DNA of 52,387 nucleotides, taken from IMG/VR virus record IMGVR_UViG_3300043449_001060, positions 1 to 52,387 of that record; one strand, written 5' to 3'. Made by a program: the position numbers and the translations under genes. Below, piece by piece: positions 8,328 through 18,902 of this stretch. The notes under the pieces were generated by a model. That model ran no database searches. It saw only the letters and a list, made by a program, of their open reading frames with translations, and was not told the origin of the DNA. This stretch comes from a virus. Taxonomy: Duplodnaviria; Caudoviricetes. Numbering within the stretch: position 1 is the stretch's first letter; the number at the start of each line of letters is the position of its first letter.

Positions 8328-11300
8328 TTATATTTTACACGTAAATGGATCTTCTTCTAGACCGAGTCTATCTAGAATTTCCTTATCACTTATACCTTGT
8401 CTTTTTCCTACTAAATCTTGTACTTCTTCATACATTGTAGATCCAGGATTCAAGAAACCAAATTCATCATAAAGTCTCTTAGATAAATATACAAATAATT
8501 CTTGAGGCATTTTAGTTGAATCCCCAAATCCTTCGGATGGAAATGCTACTTGGAAACCTTCTTTTAAAAGATCTTTAATCTCTTGGATACCATTTTCATA
8601 GGCATCTTTGATGATTTGATAGTTTTGAGGTTCTAAAGCTGATAGATTATCAAATAAACTATTGAGACCAACAGGGAATCCAATTGTCATGTCTCCCGCA
8701 ATGTTTTTAATAACAGCTCTTCCTACACCCGGTGCTTTACCTTGTAGCATAGCTACGGATGCAGGGTAGATAAATGTTATATCTCTATTGCTTGCTACCG
8801 CTCTATTGTAATCTGTTGGCGTAAATCCTTTTTCATTAAGAATAAATATATCAGGAGTTCTTGACTCAGTTAAGTATTCTCTATCTAGAATAGTTTCTTC
8901 ACCATCAATTTTTGTTTCTTCAATGTTTGCTAATGTATCAAGATCAATATTGAATAAGTAGTTTTTATACCTACCTCTATCAGTTCTTGTTCTTGAGTTC
9001 TCTCTTATAAATCTATTGTAATATGCATCTAAGAAAATGTTAGCAAGTTCCGGATCTTCAAGAGCTTTAATTAATTTCTTGGACTCATTATCTACTAGAT
9101 ACATGAACTGATTATACTCTACTATACTTGTAAAGTTAAATTTAGTTCTGTTGATACCAGTTTGCATAAATGCATATAGAGGTAATCTAGAGAAGAAGTC
9201 ACTTATCATTTGATTGTCAGCAACATCATCTACTTTCTTAATTGATGGATCTGCAAGATCTCTTAAGTTTTTATAGTATAGATTTGAAGTATCATTTGTA
9301 AAGTCCTTTTCTGCTACGTACAAGTTAAACATTGTTCTAGCTGAGTTAGGATCATTCTTCAATTTATTAAGAACAGAGAAGTTTTTCTTAAGCTCAGTTC
9401 CATATTTATTCATCATTTGTGTGTACTGTGTAGCATATGCATACACAGGATCCTTAAACATATGGAATGGGTTTAATGTATTTTCTAAAGCTTTAATTGC
9501 AAGTATTTTTTCATATGTCATGTTTGCAAGCTTAGAAGCAGGTACTCCAGGATTAGATTCTTTAACTAATTTGAGTTCTGCTTTGTAGTTAGCCATCTTT
9601 TTAACATCAGCTTTTGAATAAACTGATCTTAGATATTCTCTTTCTGCTACAAATTTTACATACTCACCTTCATTAGTAAGACCATCAAAGTGGAAGTGTC
9701 CATAAGTTAGTGGATATAAACCACGTTTCTCATAGCTGTCGGACTCTTCAGAACCTTTTATATACACTTTTCTTTGGAAGTCATCCTTCAATGCTTTTTC
9801 ATCAATATAAAGTGTTTTATTACCAGCTTTATCTTCTTTGACAAATGCACCAAATTTTAATTCATCAACCAAAGAAACAGGAACTGTAGTTTTTAATGCA
9901 TAAGATTTATATGATTTACCTAGCGCATATCTTCTAGCTGCTGTCTGGAACAAGAAACTTACCAAGTCATTTCTAAATGTATTAACAAATACATCTGATT
10001 TGTTCTCTCCAAATGTAGCCTCACTATCTTGTCTAATAGTTCTATTTTTAGCAATCAAATAACTTGAGATAGCTTTATTATAGCGCAGTGGAAAGATAAC
10101 CTCATTGATTGCTAATGCAAGTGGATTATTAAAGAATGAAGAAATTACTGTATCACTCATCATTCTTTCTGTAAGACCTTCCTCAAGTTTAGTTTCTGTC
10201 AATAGTGACTCAAGATTTGCTTGAGATTGTTCTGCTTCACTACCAGTTGATCTTGTTGACGTATCTGGATTAGCTGCAATTTTTAATTGTGTTAGACCAG
10301 TAATTTGTTGTTCAATCTGAAGGTAATGTAAGAACATTGCTAATGATAATTCAGATGATGCTACCTCAGGATTTTTCTTAAAATCTTTGATAAGCTTATA
10401 CATTTCTCTTTCTGTAAAGTTCTTAGCTCTTCTTTTCTCAAAAACTTGATCTGCTAACTTTAAACCTTCTTCATATCTTGTTACATTTTTTGAAAGACTG
10501 GCTACTAAAGTTGGTTCAAAATATTTTGCAAGAGTTTCTGTTGCAGCTTGATATTTTACAAAGTTTCTTGAATCTGGTTCTTTACCTAATACATCAGCAA
10601 ATGTTGACTTACCTAGACGTTGTTCTTTTACATATTCTCTTACAAGAGGTTGAGATACAAAGTATACTGCTTCTTTAACAGGTACACCAGCTTTAACTAG
10701 ATATAAAAGAATAGGAGCTACTTCATAATTACCCTGAATGAAGAATACCCATGCATCTTTTTCCACATCCACCCAGCCGTTCATCATCTGAGAGATAATA
10801 TCTGCAATCTTATTTACACCATCTACATCATATCTACTTGCAATTGATATTCTCTCTTCTCCATTTTTATTTACTGTATTATGTCTTAACCATAGTACAG
10901 ATTCTCTTGGATCAGATTCATTACCATGATAGAATTTAGAAGGCATAGCAACTCCACCCTCTGTTTCAATTGAGTTGATCAGAGTATGGAATGTGTTTTC
11001 TACTGCACCTAAACCAAGCGTTCTCTTACCTACAACATTTGATTCATGTTTGTAAATATTATATAAAGTTTCAAGAACTCTTGTAGGGCTAATAACAGTT
11101 TTATTTTTACCATCACCTGAAAGATTGGATTGCTCTGATGATTTATTTACAAATGGATCATAGTCCATTACGTATTTAGATAAGTCATCTGCTAAGTCTT
11201 TTAATAAGAAAGTACCATTAGGGGTAATTAATGATGTATAGTTTTGTGGTAATTCAAGAATACCTCTGATACTATCTATTAAAGAGTTTTGCAATACAGT

Positions 11301-14300
11301 TTCTTGCATTTCTAATGCAAATGCTTTATCCTCTTGTGATACTTCTGGATTTTGTATGTATTCTTTAAGTTGATCTACATTGTCAAACATTCTAGTTGGT
11401 AATGCACCATCTTCATTTATGTTTGCCATGTACAATGTCAACTTATCAATATCAAAGTCAGCTCCTGATTTAGCAACAATCTCTGTTGGAGGCACAATAA
11501 TATTTCCTGCTTGTGGTGGAAGGAAGTGATATACCTCCATAAATTCCATAGAGTTAAGACCCTGTACAGGAATACGTACACCTACAATAGTAATTGCTTT
11601 TCTATTAGCACCATCATTCTCATCTAACCACTCATCATCTTTGATAGCTTCATTTAATCTATCAATATCTCCAATTGGATTACCATCTGGATGTTTGAGA
11701 TTTAAAAGGTTTGAATAGTCCCCTTGCAAAGCAATCATAACTTTCATTGCAGCAGTTAAACCATCAGCTTTTTTATGATATGTTGGGAGGAAGTTAGACC
11801 CTACATATTTTTTAATATCTTCGTCTGTACCTAGTTTTAATTTACCTTCTGGTCTTTTAAATGCACCAGTATAAAATGCTGCAGATACTTGTACTAAAGG
11901 TTCACCATTTACTTTTTGTTTAATAAGTCTTTTATTAATAACAGACATTATTAATTTTTCAATCTTGGCTGCTTCTGGATGAAGAGATACATCATATCTT
12001 AATGTACCATCATCTAATACATCAATAAAGTCAATTAAGTGGTCTCCTACTACATCATCAATTTCAAGACTTGTTCTAACTAATTCTGCAAGTTTTTCAA
12101 TACTGTCTTGATTTTTAGGATAGTATTTACCATCAATTTCTTCATAACCAATCTCTTCAAGTAATCCTATTTTAAGAGTATCAGTATATTCTGCTACATC
12201 ATTAAGATATTTTCTTACTCTTGGGTTAGTAAGTTGATCTTCTTCAGTTGTATCAATTACACCTTTTTCATAAAGTCCTTCCAAGATTAACTTTCTCATC
12301 TGAGTTGAGAAGAGAGATCCACCTTTGTATTTAGAGTTTACCTCTGTTTGATTTTTAAGATACTCAGCAAATACAATGTTTGGAGTAAATGTAACATCAT
12401 TATTAAAGTTACCATCACTATCAATTACTACATCACCTGACCCAATGTGTCCAACTTTTGATCCGGTTTCAAATGTTACATAATCAATTTGCTGACTCAT
12501 CATTTTATCATGAAGCTTTTCATAATAAGAGTTATTAGCAGTTGTATTTGGAATCAATGGAGCCAATGAGAACTTATGGAATGAAGTAATAGGTAAACCT
12601 TCACTCTTAATATTACCAAAGTACTGTAATTTGTATGGTGGGAAGAATTGAATTACATCTTCAACACTAATCTGTTCACCAGCAACAATCTTTTTATAAA
12701 GCAATTCTTGTTGATCAGACCAGTTTCCTTCAAGAGTCTTAAGCATTCGGTATGCTTCAAATGTAATATGTCCTTGACCATCACCCTCTTTCATACCAAG
12801 GTATTCTGCTAATGCAGTTTCTGCAGCTTGTTTAGCTAGTACAGGATCCTTGATTCTTTTATTCATTGACTTAGTTAATTCATCTAAGTACTCTTTATAG
12901 TAAACAGACTCTTTAACTTTCTTTTCTTTTATAATAGCAGTAGCAAGAGTTCCATCATATGGTCTTACTTTGTAACCATTCTTTTTAGCATAAAGTCTAG
13001 GGAATAAACTAGAATTGATAAAAGATTGTGCTTGTAAGTCAACTCTAAATCCTAATCCACCTGAACCTAAACCAGCATTTCTTTTGTGGAATTCTTCTTT
13101 ATCATGATTATACTGAGCAAGATCACCATATGCTAGGATTAGAGTTTCAAACTTATGAATCCAAGAGTTATAAGTATAGGCTTTCATAAGAGTTTCATCA
13201 ATCATATCTCTTGATAAACCTGATTGAGCACCCTTTTGATATAATGCTTGGTCAACAAATCTAGAAGATTGTAATCTTCCAAGATTGGCTGCTACTTCTT
13301 TTTCAAAGTAATTAAGTACATCTCTCTTAACACGTTGTCTTAATTCAAGATTGTTTTCTAATTCTTCAACTAAGTTTCCTTTAATTTTGTATAGTTCTTC
13401 TTTTACAGGCTCTGTTAATACATCATCAAATGCTGTAAATACTTCTGCTGCTGCAACTGTAGTTCCATCTTTCTTTTGTACCGGTCTATTGTATCCAGTA
13501 TAAGTTGAGTATAACTCACGATTACCTTTATATCTATTTATTCTTTCTAACTCTCCAGCCATATATCCTACTAGAATATTAAAGCCTTCAGTTTCTCCAA
13601 GACCGGCATTTTTTGGTTTAAATAGATCAATGTCAATATAGAGATGCTTATCTTTTTTACCTGGATAAGTATCAATGTCATCTGTTGATAATGACATTGC
13701 AGTATTCTTAGATGCATGACGCATGAATTCTTCAATACCACTAAGTAACATAGTGTGTACTTCTTGTAAGAATTTACTTGTTGCATCAAGAGATGCTGTT
13801 GAACTTCCTACAGAATCATTACCATTCTTAACAATAAGTTGAGTACCTCCTACATTATTTAATGTAAGTTTAGCCGGTACTTGTTCAGTACCTTTTCTAA
13901 TCATTCTTTTATCCCCATAGTTTTCAGCTAATGGGTCGTCTAAATGAAAGATTGAATTAAGAAGAACGGACCACTTACTATGTGGGTTATTTTCTTCCGC
14001 TAACCAACGCATATGTTTGTACTTACCATTTGGATCAGCTGCATCACGGGTTAGTTCTTGCCAAGTGCTTGCATGATTTATAGATGTTACAACTCTTGTA
14101 ATTGTGTTATCTACAACTTGTTCCCAGACTCTATTTCCTTCTGGAGATAATACACTAAAATTAGAATAACCGTCAGAGAACTGTGCTTGAAGTTCTGCTA
14201 ATATCTTTATAGAAGATGCAATATCTGTAGATTGTTCTCCTGGTTGTTTTAATACATCAGGTAATCCTTTAATTAATCCAGCTAATGGGTCATGTTTAAA

Positions 14301-17300
14301 TGTTTCAGCTGCTCCAACTTTAGCAAAGTCTGTAGATTTTGAAGCAGCATGTACCGTTTTAATTGTTTCAAAAACTAACGGAAGTCTAAATGCATTTGAT
14401 AGATTGAGAGTATCCTCAAAAATTGCATTAATTTCTGAGCTTGATCTATCCATATAGATACCCATAGCCTCAAGAAACTCTCTAGCATATTCATGTTTAA
14501 ACATTCCTCTATCTGTACCAAAATGTCTAATGATTTTTTCAGTATTCAATACAGGATTTAAATCACCATCAAGCTCAACATATGGATTTATTTCAGTACT
14601 AGCAGTAGTAAAGTTATTTTTCCAGTCTGTTACTACAGCATTATAGTTAAAGTTAGCAGTTGTTACAACACTTTCATAGCTTGCTTTTTCATCTTGTATT
14701 TTTCTGCCTTCTTCATCATACTGTTTACGTTGAAGAATGTTTTTATTGATATTATACTGAATGAATTTTACTCTTGGTTTCTTGAAGTCTTTAAAGAAGT
14801 TAGTTTCAATTGCAAACTGCAATGCATCATTAACTTCAAACTCATTAGGATTTCTTAGAGTATCTAAGATTTGTTGAAATTCTGGATAGTTTTCAGAGTA
14901 TCTTACAATTCTTTCATACATTTCAGGATAATCAAATGAACCTTCTAAAATTCTAGAAAGTTTATTCCACATAATATCAACATCTTCTAATTGTGGAATA
15001 CCAAAAACATCAAGCACTTCATTTACATTTCCATCCTCATCTTTTTCTACTTTAATGATATTAGAAATAATCATCATGGTTGATGGGGCTGCGAGATTTT
15101 TAGGATTAATTACATTACCCTTATAGTCTTGTAAGATTCTTGAATTCTCTAGATCTGTTGGATCTTCTAAGATCTCTTCTTGAATTATTTTAAATCTTGA
15201 CTTCTTCATATGGAAGCCAACAACTGAGTATGGTTGTTTTTTATTGAAGGCTTCTTCTGGATCACCAAACTGATCAATAGCTCTAGAAAGAAGATCAATT
15301 ATATCCTTGAGCCTTTCTTGTTCTCCAATCATATTTGGATCATCCTCAAGAATATTTGCATACTGTTCTAAATAATACTCTACAGTATTTATCATTTGTT
15401 GTCTTACAGACTCATATGCTTTAATTCTATTTACATTGTCTGAGAATACTCTTACTGCACCTGTAGAAGAATCATTTACATCATTATAGTATTGGACTTC
15501 TAAACCTAACAAGTTGTCCATAGTATTGACAATCTTATCTGTCTCGTCAATAGTAAAGCCTTCAATTGTTCTTGCTCTGTTTAGTTTAGTAAACATTATA
15601 TTTTCCATACTAGGCTTAAGATCTAAGATCTCTCCTTTGTATAGTTTGTCAAAAAGTTCTTTGACATTAGCAATATCTCTAGGTCTTGTCATGTCCTGTC
15701 TGGTAATCTTACCAAACATTGCACGTAAGAAGTCTCTTACTTTTTTAAAGATTTTTCCAATGAAGCCTGTAAATACAGTTTCATCTCTTAAATAACTTCT
15801 TGCATCTTCTGCAATAGCTTCTTCAATATCTACATACTCTGCAGTCTCCCATTTAGGAAGTTTTCTAAACTCATCATATAGTTTAGTTTTTTCTTCTATT
15901 GTGAGGAATAACTGAGAGAATCCATGCCATGCCTCATGATAAAGGTCAATAGGTGTACCTTTATCTGCAAGATATAGTGTAATACCGTGTTGACTCCAAG
16001 TTGCAAATGCATTAGAGTTTACTACCTCAGTAATTTTTTCAAGAGGAATAGTTTTAGAAAGTTCATTAGTTTCCCACCAAGAGATAATTGATTCTCTCTG
16101 AGCTTTAGTTGTAAACAATCTTTCAAAGAAACCACCAAGTCTTCTTTCCAAAGTCTCAATTCTGTTAAGCTTATCAGAACTAAATATTGTTCTTCTTTGC
16201 TGTAATCTTTCAAGCAAAGAAACTTGAGGTACAGTATTGATCTGTTTGTCTTTTGCTTTTTGAGTTGCCTTAGTTTTTGTACCTGTAGTCTTTTTACCAG
16301 TAGCTGTCTTTTTTGCAATAGCTTTTTTCTTTGCTATCTCTGCTCTTAGTTTTTCATTTCTAGTTGCAGTCTTTGCAGTTTTTCTTTTAGCATTTGTTTT
16401 TGCAGGTGCATCTCCAAATCTTGATAAGAATTCATCTTTATTAGAAATAGTATATGTACCAGACTTAGAGTTGGCCCATGGAACTGTATATTTCCATCCA
16501 GCAGGAACTGTAACCTCAACACCAATACCAAGCTTTTTGGCAGCTCTAATTGCTGCTTCTGATACACCTGACTCACCATTAGTTACAATCTTTGTTATAG
16601 GCTCAAATAAATTACTTGAGTTAACAATCTTTTCTAGTATTTGATATACTACAGAATCTACATCCTTTTGAGAATATCCACCTTTGAATAACTCAACAAT
16701 ATTGTTACCTGTTAAGTTAACTGAAGAAGATTTATATCTGTTTAATGTAGTTACTGTTTGTGCAGCAATGGCTCCAATATTAGGGAAAGTTGTTTGCTTT
16801 TTAGACTTCTTACTTAATGTAATAGGTGCATATTGCTTTGCTTTCTTTTTTGCAATATTAGCCTGACCTATTTCTAGATTGGTACCAATGTTTAATGTAA
16901 CTGGAACATTTTTAATGTTCTGATTAATTACATAAACAGGAGAAACTTTCTGTACATTATAAACAACTTCTCCCGGCTCAACAACTAAGTCAGGAACATT
17001 GTCTACTTCATTTTCTACTTTGGTTATTGCTTTTCTTTTTGATACTGGAGTAACTGAAGCAAGATCATAATTTGTTTTAGTTACTGGCATTATCTCAGAT
17101 GGCACTGAATAACTTAGATATGCATTACTGTTTACAAAGAATGCAGCAGAATCTTTACTAAATTCAATTTTCATCATTGGTTTGATAAACTCAAAGTAGT
17201 CTACCTTCTTAGCAGTGATTCTATCTCCTTCAACCGTGTAATCTGTAAAAGTATCACCAATGTATTCTTTAGTATAGTTTAAGTTTGCAGGAACAACTCT

Positions 17301-18899
17301 ACCATCTTTTAATGTAATGGCATTTAATAAGTGTTGTTTGATCTGTTCTTTAGCTGTTGGTGAATCAAGTAAAACAGGTACATCATTAATACTTACTGTT
17401 AATGTTGTGACACCATTTATTTCAGGAGTTAAGATTTCAATATTGTTTTTAATCTTACCCGTATTACTATCAATTACATTATCCCCTAAGAAGATCTCTG
17501 CATATCTACGTTTTGCAATTGGGGATAATTCTTCACCTCTATAGATTGCTTTTGTTGTAAGGATAGTAGCAACTTTATCTGCTACAAGTTCATTAACATC
17601 TCCTTTTTGTAAATATACCGGATGTTTAACTGAAATACCAGGAAGATCTTGTGCAATTTGCACTTGAATATATCCTGATTTAGGACCACCTATAATAGGT
17701 TGGCTGATTTGATCTAGTGATAAACCTGTTTCAGAAATTGGAATGTATTGATTCTTAAAGTTACCAAAGCTACCACCGGTAATTCTAAGCACAACTGTTT
17801 CCTCTGGATTTTCTTTTATGTAAGTCTGAAGTCTGTAAAGATCATTCATACTTTTCTTTTGCTTAGCTTTTTCTTGTTTAAGCAATTTTTTCTTTTCTTC
17901 CTGCAACATACCTAATGGCATGTTATTAACTTGCTTATATTGATTGTTTTTTCTTTCAACAATTTCTTCAGGTGAAACAAGAGTGTATGCAAAGCCAGAT
18001 CTGTTTACTAACATGAGCTTATTGTCTTTCATGACAACATCTCTCATGTATTGATAGACTAATCTTCCTTTTTCTGGATCTGATGTAATATCACCATTCT
18101 CTGTAAAGTATATAAAGTTTCCTTCAGTGTCTGTAATTACGTTAAGGATGCCATTGTAATCAGGATTCTTTTCTAAAAACCTTTGCTCATCTCCTGTTAA
18201 AAGAGAAGTACCATCTTCTCTAGTTGGAAAGTTTTTAATAAGCACAGGTCTTTGAGCTAATGCTACATCTTGGTAAATAATCTCATCATTTTCTGCAGTT
18301 CTTTTTTCATTTAGCAAAATAATTTGCTTAATGACTTTATAGAACATTTCTTTTTCAGGATCTTGTTTGTCTTGATCTTCATCTGCAACAAATTCTGGAT
18401 TTTCGGTAACTGCAAAATTAAGTGTGTTAGTTAAAGGGTCTTCTACCTTACCCTTCTTTTGCACATTACTGTAGTTTATAGTAGCATCATTAGGATCAAT
18501 AACATCAACATCTTTTTTAGATTGTCTTTTTCTTTTAATTGTGCTTTGATAATCAGCTAAACTTTTTGTTTGACCAGAAATAAACTTTTGAACCATCTCA
18601 ACATCTTCAAAACTAATAGACATTTCAGAGATTGGGTCTTGGCTAATTTTATTTTCAACAAAGTATTGTCTTACATTTTTTCTTGTAGCAATTACTTGCA
18701 ACATGATTTCAGGAGCAGCTTGTGCAACTTCTAATGCAAACTTAGGATCATTTATCTCTGCAATTTCTGCATGAAGATTTTTAATATACTCAGCGGGATT
18801 AAACTTTGTTTTTACATCACCATTGATTCTACCTAATAAAGTTTCATAGATATCACCATAGATTGCTAGAACATCATCTTTGTCAAGTAAACAAGCCAT
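8328..18899 (-). CDS. Virion-packaged DNA-dependent RNA polymerase, crAss-type single-chain two-barrel, multidomain (3523 aa)
   Basis: Catalytic loop 'VGVRIPVQG...KSGADFDIDKL' with DFDID at 11445-11459 (aa 2481-2485). Upstream second-barrel motifs 'EGDGQG', 'YKLQYFG', 'HKFSLAPL', 'GSKVG'. Zincin HEAWH at 15924-15938. Confidence 0.92.
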   Translation of the reverse strand: MACLLDKDDVLAIYGDIYETLLGRINGDVKTKFNPAEYIKNLHAEIAEINDPKFALEVAQAAPEIMLQVIATRKNVRQYFVENKISQDPISEMSISFEDVEMVQKFISGQTKSLADYQSTIKRKRQSKKDVDVIDPNDATINYSNVQKKGKVEDPLTNTLNFAVTENPEFVADEDQDKQDPEKEMFYKVIKQIILLNEKRTAENDEIIYQDVALAQRPVLIKNFPTREDGTSLLTGDEQRFLEKNPDYNGILNVITDTEGNFIYFTENGDITSDPEKGRLVYQYMRDVVMKDNKLMLVNRSGFAYTLVSPEEIVERKNNQYKQVNNMPLGMLQEEKKKLLKQEKAKQKKSMNDLYRLQTYIKENPEETVVLRITGGSFGNFKNQYIPISETGLSLDQISQPIIGGPKSGYIQVQIAQDLPGISVKHPVYLQKGDVNELVADKVATILTTKAIYRGEELSPIAKRRYAEIFLGDNVIDSNTGKIKNNIEILTPEINGVTTLTVSINDVPVLLDSPTAKEQIKQHLLNAITLKDGRVVPANLNYTKEYIGDTFTDYTVEGDRITAKKVDYFEFIKPMMKIEFSKDSAAFFVNSNAYLSYSVPSEIMPVTKTNYDLASVTPVSKRKAITKVENEVDNVPDLVVEPGEVVYNVQKVSPVYVINQNIKNVPVTLNIGTNLEIGQANIAKKKAKQYAPITLSKKSKKQTTFPNIGAIAAQTVTTLNRYKSSSVNLTGNNIVELFKGGYSQKDVDSVVYQILEKIVNSSNLFEPITKIVTNGESGVSEAAIRAAKKLGIGVEVTVPAGWKYTVPWANSKSGTYTISNKDEFLSRFGDAPAKTNAKRKTAKTATRNEKLRAEIAKKKAIAKKTATGKKTTGTKTKATQKAKDKQINTVPQVSLLERLQQRRTIFSSDKLNRIETLERRLGGFFERLFTTKAQRESIISWWETNELSKTIPLEKITEVVNSNAFATWSQHGITLYLADKGTPIDLYHEAWHGFSQLFLTIEEKTKLYDEFRKLPKWETAEYVDIEEAIAEDARSYLRDETVFTGFIGKIFKKVRDFLRAMFGKITRQDMTRPRDIANVKELFDKLYKGEILDLKPSMENIMFTKLNRARTIEGFTIDETDKIVNTMDNLLGLEVQYYNDVNDSSTGAVRVFSDNVNRIKAYESVRQQMINTVEYYLEQYANILEDDPNMIGEQERLKDIIDLLSRAIDQFGDPEEAFNKKQPYSVVGFHMKKSRFKIIQEEILEDPTDLENSRILQDYKGNVINPKNLAAPSTMMIISNIIKVEKDEDGNVNEVLDVFGIPQLEDVDIMWNKLSRILEGSFDYPEMYERIVRYSENYPEFQQILDTLRNPNEFEVNDALQFAIETNFFKDFKKPRVKFIQYNINKNILQRKQYDEEGRKIQDEKASYESVVTTANFNYNAVVTDWKNNFTTASTEINPYVELDGDLNPVLNTEKIIRHFGTDRGMFKHEYAREFLEAMGIYMDRSSSEINAIFEDTLNLSNAFRLPLVFETIKTVHAASKSTDFAKVGAAETFKHDPLAGLIKGLPDVLKQPGEQSTDIASSIKILAELQAQFSDGYSNFSVLSPEGNRVWEQVVDNTITRVVTSINHASTWQELTRDAADPNGKYKHMRWLAEENNPHSKWSVLLNSIFHLDDPLAENYGDKRMIRKGTEQVPAKLTLNNVGGTQLIVKNGNDSVGSSTASLDATSKFLQEVHTMLLSGIEEFMRHASKNTAMSLSTDDIDTYPGKKDKHLYIDIDLFKPKNAGLGETEGFNILVGYMAGELERINRYKGNRELYSTYTGYNRPVQKKDGTTVAAAEVFTAFDDVLTEPVKEELYKIKGNLVEELENNLELRQRVKRDVLNYFEKEVAANLGRLQSSRFVDQALYQKGAQSGLSRDMIDETLMKAYTYNSWIHKFETLILAYGDLAQYNHDKEEFHKRNAGLGSGGLGFRVDLQAQSFINSSLFPRLYAKKNGYKVRPYDGTLATAIIKEKKVKESVYYKEYLDELTKSMNKRIKDPVLAKQAAETALAEYLGMKEGDGQGHITFEAYRMLKTLEGNWSDQQELLYKKIVAGEQISVEDVIQFFPPYKLQYFGNIKSEGLPITSFHKFSLAPLIPNTTANNSYYEKLHDKMMSQQIDYVTFETGSKVGHIGSGDVVIDSDGNFNNDVTFTPNIVFAEYLKNQTEVNSKYKGGSLFSTQMRKLILEGLYEKGVIDTTEEDQLTNPRVRKYLNDVAEYTDTLKIGLLEEIGYEEIDGKYYPKNQDSIEKLAELVRTSLEIDDVVGDHLIDFIDVLDDGTLRYDVSLHPEAAKIEKLIMSVINKRLIKQKVNGEPLVQVSAAFYTGAFKRPEGKLKLGTDEDIKKYVGSNFLPTYHKKADGLTAAMKVMIALQGDYSNLLNLKHPDGNPIGDIDRLNEAIKDDEWLDENDGANRKAITIVGVRIPVQGLNSMEFMEVYHFLPPQAGNIIVPPTEIVAKSGADFDIDKLTLYMANINEDGALPTRMFDNVDQLKEYIQNPEVSQEDKAFALEMQETVLQNSLIDSIRGILELPQNYTSLITPNGTFLLKDLADDLSKYVMDYDPFVNKSSEQSNLSGDGKNKTVISPTRVLETLYNIYKHESNVVGKRTLGLGAVENTFHTLINSIETEGGVAMPSKFYHGNESDPRESVLWLRHNTVNKNGEERISIASRYDVDGVNKIADIISQMMNGWVDVEKDAWVFFIQGNYEVAPILLYLVKAGVPVKEAVYFVSQPLVREYVKEQRLGKSTFADVLGKEPDSRNFVKYQAATETLAKYFEPTLVASLSKNVTRYEEGLKLADQVFEKRRAKNFTEREMYKLIKDFKKNPEVASSELSLAMFLHYLQIEQQITGLTQLKIAANPDTSTRSTGSEAEQSQANLESLLTETKLEEGLTERMMSDTVISSFFNNPLALAINEVIFPLRYNKAISSYLIAKNRTIRQDSEATFGENKSDVFVNTFRNDLVSFLFQTAARRYALGKSYKSYALKTTVPVSLVDELKFGAFVKEDKAGNKTLYIDEKALKDDFQRKVYIKGSEESDSYEKRGLYPLTYGHFHFDGLTNEGEYVKFVAEREYLRSVYSKADVKKMANYKAELKLVKESNPGVPASKLANMTYEKILAIKALENTLNPFHMFKDPVYAYATQYTQMMNKYGTELKKNFSVLNKLKNDPNSARTMFNLYVAEKDFTNDTSNLYYKNLRDLADPSIKKVDDVADNQMISDFFSRLPLYAFMQTGINRTKFNFTSIVEYNQFMYLVDNESKKLIKALEDPELANIFLDAYYNRFIRENSRTRTDRGRYKNYLFNIDLDTLANIEETKIDGEETILDREYLTESRTPDIFILNEKGFTPTDYNRAVASNRDITFIYPASVAMLQGKAPGVGRAVIKNIAGDMTIGFPVGLNSLFDNLSALEPQNYQIIKDAYENGIQEIKDLLKEGFQVAFPSEGFGDSTKMPQELFVYLSKRLYDEFGFLNPGSTMYEEVQDLVGKRQGISDKEILDRLGLEEDPFTCKI

Positions 18900-18902
18900 T
18901 TC

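Noticed and set aside
8315-18899. N-terminal MxC as a lipoprotein lipobox, or C-terminal Cxx as a CaaX prenylation signal
   Set aside because: No signal peptide precedes the Cys. CaaX needs Cys at -4 rather than -3 and is eukaryotic.
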